Positions 11,801-20,339 of a DNA stretch of 64,000 bases are shown piece by piece. The stretch spans positions 46,040 through 110,039 of the forward strand of contig JAHPZE010000014.1 in assembly GCA_019058365.1 (NCBI GenBank), read 5' to 3'. The notes under the pieces were generated by a model, which saw only the letters and a list, made by a program, of their open reading frames with translations, searched no databases and had not been told where the DNA came from. The number at the start of each line of letters is the position of its first letter. Within the stretch, counting starts at the first letter, position 1. A program made the translations under genes and the position numbers. This stretch comes from Promethearchaeota archaeon. GTDB lineage: Archaea; Asgardarchaeota; Lokiarchaeia; Sigyniarchaeales; SOKP01.

Positions 11801-14800
11801 AAATGAAAATTTTTATGGTATTTATTTAGGATTGAGCAACAACAACACAATTTCAGAAAATTCTGCTAATAATAATGATTGGCAAGGAATCTATTTATCT
11901 TCTTCGAGTAATAATAATACGATTCTAAATAATAACGTAACCTGTAATAATGACAATGGAATATTTATAGATTCCAGTACTTATAATAAGCTATTTGGAA
12001 ATATTGCTGACAATAACGGATGGAATGGCTTACTTCTATGGAAAAGCATTGGAAATATAATTAGAGGAAATATAATAAGTTATAACGTTTTTGCCGGTGT
12101 TTATTTATATAGAAGTAATAATACTGAAGTTATAGAAAATAATTTCATTGGAAACTTATATAATATTTACGAAATAGGATGTGAAAATAATAATTTTGTT
12201 TTAAATTATTACGATGGAATACTTACTCCATTTGTTATAGATAATAATGGAGGTGGTGATCTTACATGGCTAGAAGCGGTTAATCTGTTTGTTTGGTGTA
12301 CAGGTTCAGGCAGCTACTCTGATCCATATATAATACAAAATTTAATTATCGATGGTCAAAATTCAAGTAGCTGTATAGAAATTAGAGATTCTGATGTGTA
12401 CTTTTACATCATTAATTGTTCATTCTATAATTCTGGTAATGGTTTATATAATGCAGGAATTGAACTTGCAAATGTAATTAATGGACAATTGATAACTAAT
12501 AATTGTTCAAATAATAATGGTATTGGAATTGGTTTATACCAGAGTCAAAATGTTACTATTGATGGAAACATAGTAAACAATAATGAGGAGTCTGGAATCT
12601 TTTTAGAAGTAAGTCATAATAATATTCTTTCGGCAAACACCTTAAATGAGAATTCTGATGGAATATATTTAGGTTTAAGTACCAACAACACTATTTCAGA
12701 AAATTCAGCTTTTAATAACGACCAAAGAGGGATTTATTTATCATCTTCATCCAATAATAATACAATTCTAAATAACAATTTTACCTATAACGGTCAAGAT
12801 GGAATATTTATATCTTATAGTTATAATAATACAATTATAGGAAATAATGCAGACTATAATGATTATGGAATTTCGGTATGGAATAGCAATAATAATACAA
12901 TCATAGGTAATACTTTAAGTAATAACGATTTTATCGGATTATGGTTATATAAAAGCAATAATACGGATGTCATATGCAACACATTCTTTGGGAACTCAAA
13001 TAAAAATATCAAAGAATCTGAAACTAAAAATAACTTTTTTAATTGGAATTATTTAGATGGAATTTTTTCTCCATTTATCATTGATGATGATGGAGGGGGA
13101 GATTTTACTTGGACAGAACTAAAATCTCTATTTTTTTGGTGTACGGGATCAGGTAATTATTTCGATCCGTATATAATAAATAACTTGATAATTAATGGCA
13201 AAAATTCAAGTAGCTGTATAGAGATTAGGGATTCTATGGTATTTTTTAAGATCGAAGGTTTTACGCTTTATAATTCCAGTTCAGGTTTATCTAATGCAGG
13301 AATTAAATTAACAAATGTAGTCAATGGACAATTGATAAACAATAACTGTTCTAATAATAACGGTAATGGTATACAATTATCCAACAATCAAAATGTTACT
13401 ATTGATGGAAACATAGTAAACAATAATGAGGAGTTTGGAATCTTTTTAGAAGTAAGTCATAATAACACTCTATCGGGAAACACTTTAGATGAGAATTATG
13501 GGGGAATTCTTTTAGTATCAAGCAGCAATAATACTATTTCAGAAAATTTTGCTTATAATAATGGCTGGCAGGGGTTCTACCTATCTTCCTCAAGCAATAA
13601 TAATATAATTTTAAATAATAACTTAACTTACAATAACGAGAATGGAATATTTGTAGATTCCAGTAATTATAATACAATTACAGGAAATATCGCAGATCAT
13701 AACAGTGAGAATGGGATATTTGTAGAGTCCAGTATTTATAATACAATTACAGGAAATATCGCAGATCATAACAGTGAGAATGGGATATTTGTAGAGTTCA
13801 GTAATTATAATACAATTACAGGAAATATCGCAGATCATAACGGTGGGAATGGGATATTTGTATGTGAATGCAATGATACTACAGTTGCAAGAAATAAAGC
13901 AAATTATAACACTTTTGCGGGATTGTATTTAATGAGCAGCAATAATACTGAAGTTATAGGTAATATTTTCATTGGAAACTTATATACTATCTCTGAAAGT
14001 GATGGTGTAAACAATAATTTTAACTGGAATGTTGAAGATGGCTTCACAGATCCAATTATTATAGATGATACTGGTATAGGAAATTTTACATGGGGTGAAA
14101 GTCTTAATTATTTAGCGTGGATTTATGGTTCTGGGACTTTAATTGATCCATATATAATTGAATTAATTACAATTGATGGTCTGAATTTAACTAGTTGCCT
14201 TACAATTAGAAATTCTAATGTTTATTTCAGGATACAAAATTGCACTTTTTATAATTCTGGCTATAATCTCTATGATGGGGGAATTAAACTAAATTCGACA
14301 TTAAATGGAGAATTGAAGAATAATAATTGCTCATTTAATAATGCAAATGGAATTATCTTAGATTCATGTCAATCTATTGTTATTACCGAGAATTCAATTA
14401 ATAACAATCAGAGATCTGGACTCGTATTAATTGATTGTAGTAATATTGATATCATTAATAATAAGGAGACAATCAACTTTAACGAGCTTTATGGTATTTA
14501 TTTATTTAATAGTCATTACAATGATATAACGAATAATACAATAAATAACAATGGAATAGGAATTTTTCTTAATCAGTCTAATTATAATTCCATTGATTGG
14601 AATACTCTATTAAATAATGGTCAAGCAATTGTAGACAATGGTGTAGGAAATATTATTGGTTTAAATAATGTTTTACCTGGTACGGTAAGTGAATTTCCTT
14701 TTGATATCTTAATTATAATTCTGATAATTGGATTAGTTGTTGTAGGAGTTACAGGAGCAACAATAGTAATAAAAAAGAAAAGGTCAATTCCAGCTAAGAA

Positions 14801-15518
14801 GGAAAAAGAATTAAGTGAGAAAAAGAAGGAGAAAATTAGAATTAAGCTTGAAGGAAAACTGGATTTTGTTGACTATCTTATAAGGGAAAGGAACATTAAA
14901 TTAGCTTATAAAAATCTAGGAAAAATTCAAGATACAGCGGATTTGTATGATTTCTTTGATATTTTTAATAAAGCGAATGAAAGAGTTGATCATTGTAAGG
15001 AGATTGAAGCAAGTATTTCTAAAGCAGTGATAGAAGAAGAAGTTTCTCGCCATGTTAAAGAAAGAGAAGTAAAAGAAGTAGTTATACCTCCACCTATAAT
15101 AAAGAAAGAGGAAGAAAAGAAGTACAATTTATTTATTAGTTATTCTACTGTTGATAGAGACTATTTTCAAATATCAAAGATTGTAGAAGAGCTTAAAAAG
15201 TATCCTAATATCAGCCAAATCTCATATTGGGAACGAGACAGTAAAGCAAACATTGTAGAGTTCATGGACGAGACGCTTGAAGTAAGTAATACCTTTCTAC
15301 TCTTTTGTAGCGAACATTCTGTAAATTCTAAAGCTGTAAAAGATGAATGGCAGGCAGCTTTCCAAATGAGAAAAGAAGGTTTGATAAAACTGATTCCCGT
15401 ATATGAAGAACAAAAGCACATTCCAAAAATATTATGGCATCTACTAAATGTCAAATATGATAAAGATAATTTTAAGAGCTTTATCGAAAATCTCTATAAG
15501 GAAATTATGAGAGAATAA
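8898..15518 (+). CDS. Single-pass membrane protein: six NosD/PbH1 right-handed beta-helix modules + TM helix + cytoplasmic TIR domain
   Basis: N-terminal hydrophobic signal; repeated GSGxxxDPY-capped modules with NNTIxxN/GIxL coils; TM ~aa1937-1958 followed by KKKR; C-terminal YNLFISYS...FLLFCSEHSVNSKAVKDEWQAA...LIPV (TIR_2 pattern). Confidence 0.85.
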   Translation: MKKELRIMSLLGIFAFLSLTIFVSDIFNEFNFNTKNRLENSGFWDLTSTPIHINDLNPSINWSRTAADNEWCSGSGTWSDPYLIENITIDDLFSGSCIWIENSEVPFIIRNCTFINSGRGAVWPDSGIRFNNVSNGRIENNTIYLNEFYGLSILDGSKNNTITKNNINNNDDGGLYLGYSSNNNIFSDNNFNYNYFGGFYIYHCNFNNFSGNTIKQTTSDQTREITITGQNNTFSGNMFENCGIYLQPWDEPLSELSSHLIDITNLVNGKPIYYYANKSFLIKDNFTNAGQVILVNCEFCEISSQNISNSGRGILFYYSHNNTIFNNSISNSFAEEISVYKSDQNNISHNLISNIGDSIGITLSYSNKNNVSLNQIFDCNTAIDINTGYWNTISFNNLTDNYRGVDIYHGELTDMNNTIKKNIISDNDQGIYVQNANTNGNTIFFNYFITNSINAYDNGDYNYWDNGSLGNYWDDYVGNDSNDDGIGETPYIVSGAGGNQDNFPLWDDGHNGSKIFIDDGSSNNWNWASKHTWCTGSGTLKDPYIIKNCNIDGNNSGSCIYIKNSNVYFRIENCTVYNSQSVDGIYHAGILLEDTSKGTIINTTTSYNNGNGISLDGSHNITIQGCFINDNINYGISQIWSSYNITIINNTINNNNRGIFTSSAAQDDKIIGNVFKSNTEAAIYFNPGSYSLIERNKITGSFRGIHLWGNNNTILFNDIYSNSYGIYFSPGMDTWNNTIAHNSIYNSFSYAIYLEGSNDRFNIFYNNSFTGNGNNAYDDGYGNYWDNGIIGNYWDDYSGEDANDDGIGEDPYVITGLALSQDNFPIWDDGHNGSKIVIDDSASNNWVWAKTRTWCSGSGTFNDPYIIRECIIDGNNLTSCIQISNSIVYFRIENCSIFNCSSGQAGIKLLNVLNGQLLNSNCSNNIGYGIYLSDSHNNTISGNIANYNDEFGIFLEASDNNTLSGNDLNENFYGIYLGLSNNNTISENSANNNDWQGIYLSSSSNNNTILNNNVTCNNDNGIFIDSSTYNKLFGNIADNNGWNGLLLWKSIGNIIRGNIISYNVFAGVYLYRSNNTEVIENNFIGNLYNIYEIGCENNNFVLNYYDGILTPFVIDNNGGGDLTWLEAVNLFVWCTGSGSYSDPYIIQNLIIDGQNSSSCIEIRDSDVYFYIINCSFYNSGNGLYNAGIELANVINGQLITNNCSNNNGIGIGLYQSQNVTIDGNIVNNNEESGIFLEVSHNNILSANTLNENSDGIYLGLSTNNTISENSAFNNDQRGIYLSSSSNNNTILNNNFTYNGQDGIFISYSYNNTIIGNNADYNDYGISVWNSNNNTIIGNTLSNNDFIGLWLYKSNNTDVICNTFFGNSNKNIKESETKNNFFNWNYLDGIFSPFIIDDDGGGDFTWTELKSLFFWCTGSGNYFDPYIINNLIINGKNSSSCIEIRDSMVFFKIEGFTLYNSSSGLSNAGIKLTNVVNGQLINNNCSNNNGNGIQLSNNQNVTIDGNIVNNNEEFGIFLEVSHNNTLSGNTLDENYGGILLVSSSNNTISENFAYNNGWQGFYLSSSSNNNIILNNNLTYNNENGIFVDSSNYNTITGNIADHNSENGIFVESSIYNTITGNIADHNSENGIFVEFSNYNTITGNIADHNGGNGIFVCECNDTTVARNKANYNTFAGLYLMSSNNTEVIGNIFIGNLYTISESDGVNNNFNWNVEDGFTDPIIIDDTGIGNFTWGESLNYLAWIYGSGTLIDPYIIELITIDGLNLTSCLTIRNSNVYFRIQNCTFYNSGYNLYDGGIKLNSTLNGELKNNNCSFNNANGIILDSCQSIVITENSINNNQRSGLVLIDCSNIDIINNKETINFNELYGIYLFNSHYNDITNNTINNNGIGIFLNQSNYNSIDWNTLLNNGQAIVDNGVGNIIGLNNVLPGTVSEFPFDILIIILIIGLVVVGVTGATIVIKKKRSIPAKKEKELSEKKKEKIRIKLEGKLDFVDYLIRERNIKLAYKNLGKIQDTADLYDFFDIFNKANERVDHCKEIEASISKAVIEEEVSRHVKEREVKEVVIPPPIIKKEEEKKYNLFISYSTVDRDYFQISKIVEELKKYPNISQISYWERDSKANIVEFMDETLEVSNTFLLFCSEHSVNSKAVKDEWQAAFQMRKEGLIKLIPVYEEQKHIPKILWHLLNVKYDKDNFKSFIENLYKEIMRE
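13638..13862 (+). repeat. Intragenic 69-bp (23-aa) tandem repeat, ~3.25 copies
   Basis: Units start at 13638, 13707, 13776 and 13845 (partial); near-identical DNA encoding ENGIFVxxSxYNTITGNIADHNS. Confidence 0.95.
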
Positions 15519-15571
15519 GAGCAGTTCTCTCCCTCATTTTTTCCATTTTTTGATAATTAATAATTATTTTT

Positions 15572-17218
15572 TTAGATTTTTTTTATCTCTGGAATCAGGA
15601 GTATAAAATTACTGCCTTTTGAATAATCCCCTTTAATTCTATCCTCAACCCATATTTTTCCATTATAACTCATAATGACTTTTTTCACAAGAGATAACCC
15701 TAAACCAATCCCTTTGAAATTGTGGTCTCTAATAGTTTCTCTTTGAAAGATTTTTTCTTTCCAAGTATCAATAATTCCTACACCATTATCTTTGAATTCC
15801 ATTTTAATGTAATCAGCATCTGATTTGTGGTCTCTCGTTATCTTAATATTAATTTCTGAAATTAAGCTTGAGGAATGTCTTATAGCATTAATAAGTATAT
15901 TCTCAAAAACATCCCTAATGAACTCATTTGCTTGAACGTATATTTGCTTACTAAATGAGTCGATTCTGATGTTTATTTCTTTATTTTTAAAAGTTAATTT
16001 AATATAATTCACTACATCATCTAAAATATTATAGATCTCAATTTGATTAAGAGATTTTTCATCAGTATCAATCTGAGAAATCTTACGAATATTAGAAACT
16101 AGTTTTCTTCCCCTAATAATCTGAGTTTCAATAAGATTCAAATAAGATCTTACCTCATTCGGATTATCAAGTATCATATTACAAAGTTCCATCCCTGATA
16201 GTAAATTCTGTAAAATGTTATTTATATCATGAGTAAAAAGATCCTTGTAGAAATCTACCCTCTGATAAGCTTTTCGATAATCATTTTCTGATTCTTTTAA
16301 TTCAGCGGTTCTTATATTTACCTTTTGCTTTAAAATAAAACTTATAAAAATAAATATTAAGACAAGACCAGCTGAGCTTAGAATTACAGGTAATACCCAT
16401 TCTGGGATAATTATCAAACTTTCTTGTTTCCCAAAGAAATATTTACTTAATAATTCATAATAGATAGATCCTGAATCTCTTTTTAAAAGAACTAAATGGG
16501 CATCAATCCTTTCAATTAAGTATTGACTTATACTTGAATTTTTAGGAAAGGCAAACTTTAGGCTGCACGGATTAAATATTATTGAAGTTTTATAGATATC
16601 ATAATCATCTGAATATAAAATTCCAAATAATCTATTGACCACTCCTGCATCAGCACTACCAGCATCTAAAGCCTCAAAAACATTTTGATAATTAGCATAT
16701 TCTACAAATGTACAGTTGATATTAAACCTCTTAGTAAGGTTCATTATCCCTTCTGAACCGATAGTATGAATACTTCCAGACATAACTGCTATTGTTTTAT
16801 TATGTAAATCAAAAAGTGATTCAATATTAGATCCTTCTTTTATATACACAACACCCCAATTTGTGAAAACTTCTTCTTGGTTAAAATCATAAATCTCTGC
16901 TCTTTCATTTGAGAAGGCAACATCGACCATAACATCTAATTCATTATTTTCTAATCGATCTAAACATTGAGTCCAGTTACCATCTACATATTCCAGTTCC
17001 CATCCTTCTTGTGTCGCTATATATTCTAAAAGATCGGGAAATAGCCCGATATGGTTTTTATTTTCATCTGTGTATACTTTAGGAGGGTTTTCATATGATC
17101 CTACGCGAATATGCATAGGGTCTCCAATAGATTTTTGAAAAAAAAGAGATATGAAAATTATTGAGATTGAACTTATGGAGAGGACAAACAGAAGAAAAAT
17201 ATTCCATTTTTTTAGTAT
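15572..17218 (-). CDS. Membrane sensor histidine kinase with extracellular SBP_bac_3-type ligand-binding domain; start probably upstream of the ATG at 17116
   Basis: IRVGSYENPP..GLFPDLL; TM WVLPVILSSAGLVLIFIFISFIL; H-box FTHDINN; ENILINAIRH, DNGVGI, GIGLGLS. The frame stays open upstream and encodes a signal-anchor helix. Confidence 0.85.
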   Translation of the reverse strand: MLKKWNIFLLFVLSISSISIIFISLFFQKSIGDPMHIRVGSYENPPKVYTDENKNHIGLFPDLLEYIATQEGWELEYVDGNWTQCLDRLENNELDVMVDVAFSNERAEIYDFNQEEVFTNWGVVYIKEGSNIESLFDLHNKTIAVMSGSIHTIGSEGIMNLTKRFNINCTFVEYANYQNVFEALDAGSADAGVVNRLFGILYSDDYDIYKTSIIFNPCSLKFAFPKNSSISQYLIERIDAHLVLLKRDSGSIYYELLSKYFFGKQESLIIIPEWVLPVILSSAGLVLIFIFISFILKQKVNIRTAELKESENDYRKAYQRVDFYKDLFTHDINNILQNLLSGMELCNMILDNPNEVRSYLNLIETQIIRGRKLVSNIRKISQIDTDEKSLNQIEIYNILDDVVNYIKLTFKNKEINIRIDSFSKQIYVQANEFIRDVFENILINAIRHSSSLISEINIKITRDHKSDADYIKMEFKDNGVGIIDTWKEKIFQRETIRDHNFKGIGLGLSLVKKVIMSYNGKIWVEDRIKGDYSKGSNFILLIPEIKKI

Positions 17219-17542
17219 AATATTCCCCTCTCTTAAAATTCTTTATGTTTTAAATGAGCGCTCATAGACTTGAACATTATACAAAAATAATAGAAAAAGT
17301 TCCTTAATTTAAATGTTTTCATTACGAGAAATTAAAGGATTTAAAGATCTATAACAAAAATAGATTCAAAGGAGAGTGAATAAAAAAAATTATCGAGAAA
17401 GTATAAGTATTAGTGGAAATTTTAGGAAAAGTATGTGAAAAAAAGAGTATTAAAATTAGAAAGGATTCGAGTATTTTTGTATTTAATATTTTTTAAGATG
17501 ATTTAATTTAATTAAATGATTATTAGTAATTAATATATAAAG

Positions 17543-17646
17543 AGCCCAGTGGTCTAGTTGGATAGGGCGCTGGCTTGCGGAGCCAGATATCGGGGGTTCA
17601 AACTATTATAAAATTCTTATTAAAGGAAAAAATCCCCCCTGGGCTA
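17543..17646 (+). tRNA. tRNA-Arg(GCG) with 30-nt intron in the T-loop (~58/59)
   Basis: Acceptor AGCCCAG/CTGGGCT; D-arm GTCT-AGTTGGATA-GGGC; anticodon arm CTGGC-TTGCGGA-GCCAG; T-stem GGGGG/CCCCC with TTCAAAT interrupted by 30 nt; no encoded CCA. Confidence 0.9.
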
Positions 17647-17683
17647 CTAATCTTCAAATTCTTTGTTTACTAATGAATACATT

Positions 17684-18454
17684 CTATTCTATCAAATCTA
17701 AGATTTCTGAAATATTTCTGATCTTTCTTAGATTTGATGCATCAATTTCCCTTTCAAAGGGGAATTTATATTTTCTTTCAAATAATATTGATGGTAAGTT
17801 GGCTCTTTGAGCACCAATGATATCCGCATATTCATCTCCACACACAATAACCGTATTAGGTTGATCTTCCAATCCCATCTTCCTGAGTGCATAATGGAAG
17901 ATATCTGGGTCGGGCTTTCTCTTTCCATATTTGGCAGATGTGATTACAACGTCAAAATATTTTAATAAATGATGCTTTTTTAGCATATTTTTTATTGTTT
18001 TATGATTTGGGTGATTTGAGATTAAAGCAATTTTCACCCCTTTAATAAATAATTCTTCTAATGTCTCTTTAGTATTTTCAAAAGGTTCCCATTCATCCTC
18101 CTCACATGAATGATAAAGTTCAGCTAATTCATTATATGCAGATTCTGTTAAGTTATTTAAATTATTAATTATTTCTTCCTCCTTAAGCGATTCCAAAACA
18201 TTTTGGAAAATTAAGGATGTTGGAAACTCCATTTTTGTTTTGATACTTTTTCTAAAGAACTGCTCTCTTTTTTTACTAAATGTCTTTATGAAAGCTTCAT
18301 TTGTTAAGTTTTCATTCCAAACCTGATTTTCTTTTAATATTTCAATAGATTTTAGTAATCCTTTTTTAAAGCATTCATAGTATCTCTCTACGGAAGGATT
18401 ATCAAAATAAAATAACGTAAAACCAAAATCAAAAATAACTCCTTTAATTATCAT
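17684..18454 (-). CDS. HAD-family hydrolase
   Basis: FDFGFTL, LISN, RKPDPDIF, GDEYADIIGA. Confidence 0.85.
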   Translation of the reverse strand: MIIKGVIFDFGFTLFYFDNPSVERYYECFKKGLLKSIEILKENQVWNENLTNEAFIKTFSKKREQFFRKSIKTKMEFPTSLIFQNVLESLKEEEIINNLNNLTESAYNELAELYHSCEEDEWEPFENTKETLEELFIKGVKIALISNHPNHKTIKNMLKKHHLLKYFDVVITSAKYGKRKPDPDIFHYALRKMGLEDQPNTVIVCGDEYADIIGAQRANLPSILFERKYKFPFEREIDASNLRKIRNISEILDLIE

Positions 18455-18581
18455 CGTGTCAATAATAATAAATATTGATTCTCAATTTTAATTTAACCAA
18501 ATTATAATGTAAGTATGACATCTTTCGTTTCTGTTAAATCCTTAATAAAAAACAAATTATTAACATAGGCATTTAATACTA

Positions 18582-19127
18582 GTGAGAAGTAAAATGTCAA
18601 TTGATAAATGGCTTTCTGAAAAAGATAATAAAGAAGAAAGAATGAAAAGAGAAGCCGCATTTAAGCGTCTTTCAAAGGATGAAGTTGAAGAGTTAAAAAA
18701 AAAGAAAATTCGAGATATGGTTAAAAAAGAGAGTAAAAAAGCCAGTAAAATTTCAGAGGAAGATAAGTTTTTAAATAAAGTGATTGAATTTAAGGATTGG
18801 TTAAATAAAAGAACTTATTTAAAAGGAGATATTGATAAAATAGAAACATGGATAAAAAATTTGTATTCAACAGTAGATTATCAAATTGAGCAAAATGAAA
18901 AATTAATTGATAATGATGAAAAAAGAGAATTAATTAAAAAATACAAAGAAATTCCATCTAAACTTCTGGATGAGAAAACAAGAGTCGCAATAAATAAGAA
19001 GATTTATGGTACAAAAAGAACAAATTCAGATAATTACTATTTAAAAAAATTAAAAAGCCTTATTCAAGAAAACCTAAAAGAAGGAGAATATTACAAGATT
19101 TTGGATATGATATTCAAAAAATTCTAA
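18582..19127 (+). CDS. Hypothetical charged helical protein
   Basis: 181-aa ORF, K/E-rich; start may be ATG 18594. Confidence 0.6.
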   Translation: MRSKMSIDKWLSEKDNKEERMKREAAFKRLSKDEVEELKKKKIRDMVKKESKKASKISEEDKFLNKVIEFKDWLNKRTYLKGDIDKIETWIKNLYSTVDYQIEQNEKLIDNDEKRELIKKYKEIPSKLLDEKTRVAINKKIYGTKRTNSDNYYLKKLKSLIQENLKEGEYYKILDMIFKKF

Positions 19128-19215
19128 TAATGTCAGCAATTTTCAAAATACTTTTTATTTTATCGATTTTTATATTTTTTATATTAAGAATTCGACACTT
19201 TTTTGAATCTAATAA

Positions 19216-20304
19216 ATGTGGCTTATCTGTCCTATTGCTGGCGTGGGTAGAAGATTACAACCTTTTACATATTCTAAGCCAAAGGCGTTTTTGAAAATAG
19301 CAGGAAAAAGATTAATTGATCATATTCTGATAAAATTGAAAAACTCGTTTCCTAAAGGAATTAATATTTGTTTTATAGTTGGTTATAAAAAACGACAAAT
19401 AACAGAATATCTTAAAAATAATCATTCAGATTATTTTAATCTCCACTTTATCGAGCAAGAACCATTAGGATATGAGGCAGATACGCCATTCTTTAGTGGT
19501 CTTGGAGATGCTATTTTATTAGCCAAAAATCTTGCTAAAAATGATGATTGTTTCATATTTTTGAGCGATAGACTTCCTATCGAAGATTACTCACAAATCT
19601 TATTGAATTTTCATCAAGATATTTGTGATGGGGTTGTAAATGTTAAATACGTAGAAAATCCGCAATTTTACGGTGTAATTGAATTAGATGAAAATGGAAC
19701 TGTAAAAACTATCGTTGAAAAGCCAAAACATCCTAAATCGAATTATGCGGTATCAGGAGCATATTTTTTTGGGATGAGTATGACAAACCGACTATTTGAA
19801 TTATTAGAAGAACAAAGTAAAATTCCACTAGAAAATGGACAAGAGCATCACATAACACCAATCATTCAACAATTGATCGAAGAAGGCTTTAAATTGAAAA
19901 TAAATGAAATGAAAGGAGATATTTTAGACTTTGGTCGACCCGAAACGTTAATCGCGGGAAATCGTCTATTACTAGCAGAAACTAAAGTACAAGATCCCAC
20001 ATATGAAAAATTATTTCAATCAGGTGATATTGTTGATTCAAAAATCGTTCCACCCGTTTTTATTGGAAAAAATGCTAAAATTGCTGATTCAGTTATAGGT
20101 CCAAATGTCTCTATTGGAGATGATGTTGTTTTAGAGAAATGCATTTTATCTGAATCGGTAATAGGTGATGGAGCAAATTTGAAAAAAATCATATCATCAG
20201 AGAGTATTGTGGGAGATTATTCAATATTAGAAGATTTAATCAAGAAAAGCATTACAATAGGAGATTCTTCTTATATCACTACGTCTAATATGAAATCATT
20301 TTAA
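19216..20304 (+). CDS. Sugar-1-phosphate nucleotidyltransferase (long RmlA-like form with C-terminal left-handed beta-helix)
   Basis: AGVGRRLQPFTYSKPK, VEKP, hexapeptide repeats (PPVFIG, IGPNVSIG). Confidence 0.85.
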   Translation: MWLICPIAGVGRRLQPFTYSKPKAFLKIAGKRLIDHILIKLKNSFPKGINICFIVGYKKRQITEYLKNNHSDYFNLHFIEQEPLGYEADTPFFSGLGDAILLAKNLAKNDDCFIFLSDRLPIEDYSQILLNFHQDICDGVVNVKYVENPQFYGVIELDENGTVKTIVEKPKHPKSNYAVSGAYFFGMSMTNRLFELLEEQSKIPLENGQEHHITPIIQQLIEEGFKLKINEMKGDILDFGRPETLIAGNRLLLAETKVQDPTYEKLFQSGDIVDSKIVPPVFIGKNAKIADSVIGPNVSIGDDVVLEKCILSESVIGDGANLKKIISSESIVGDYSILEDLIKKSITIGDSSYITTSNMKSF

Positions 20305-20339
20305 TTCTCTCCAAAAAAAAAAAATTGATTTAAAAAAAA

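Noticed and set aside
13638-13862. CRISPR array
   Set aside because: Contiguous in-frame 69-bp coding repeats with no unique spacers
8800-17646. Integrative element inserted at tRNA-Arg
   Set aside because: No integrase, no duplicated tRNA end seen, and the accessory genes lie 5' of the tRNA
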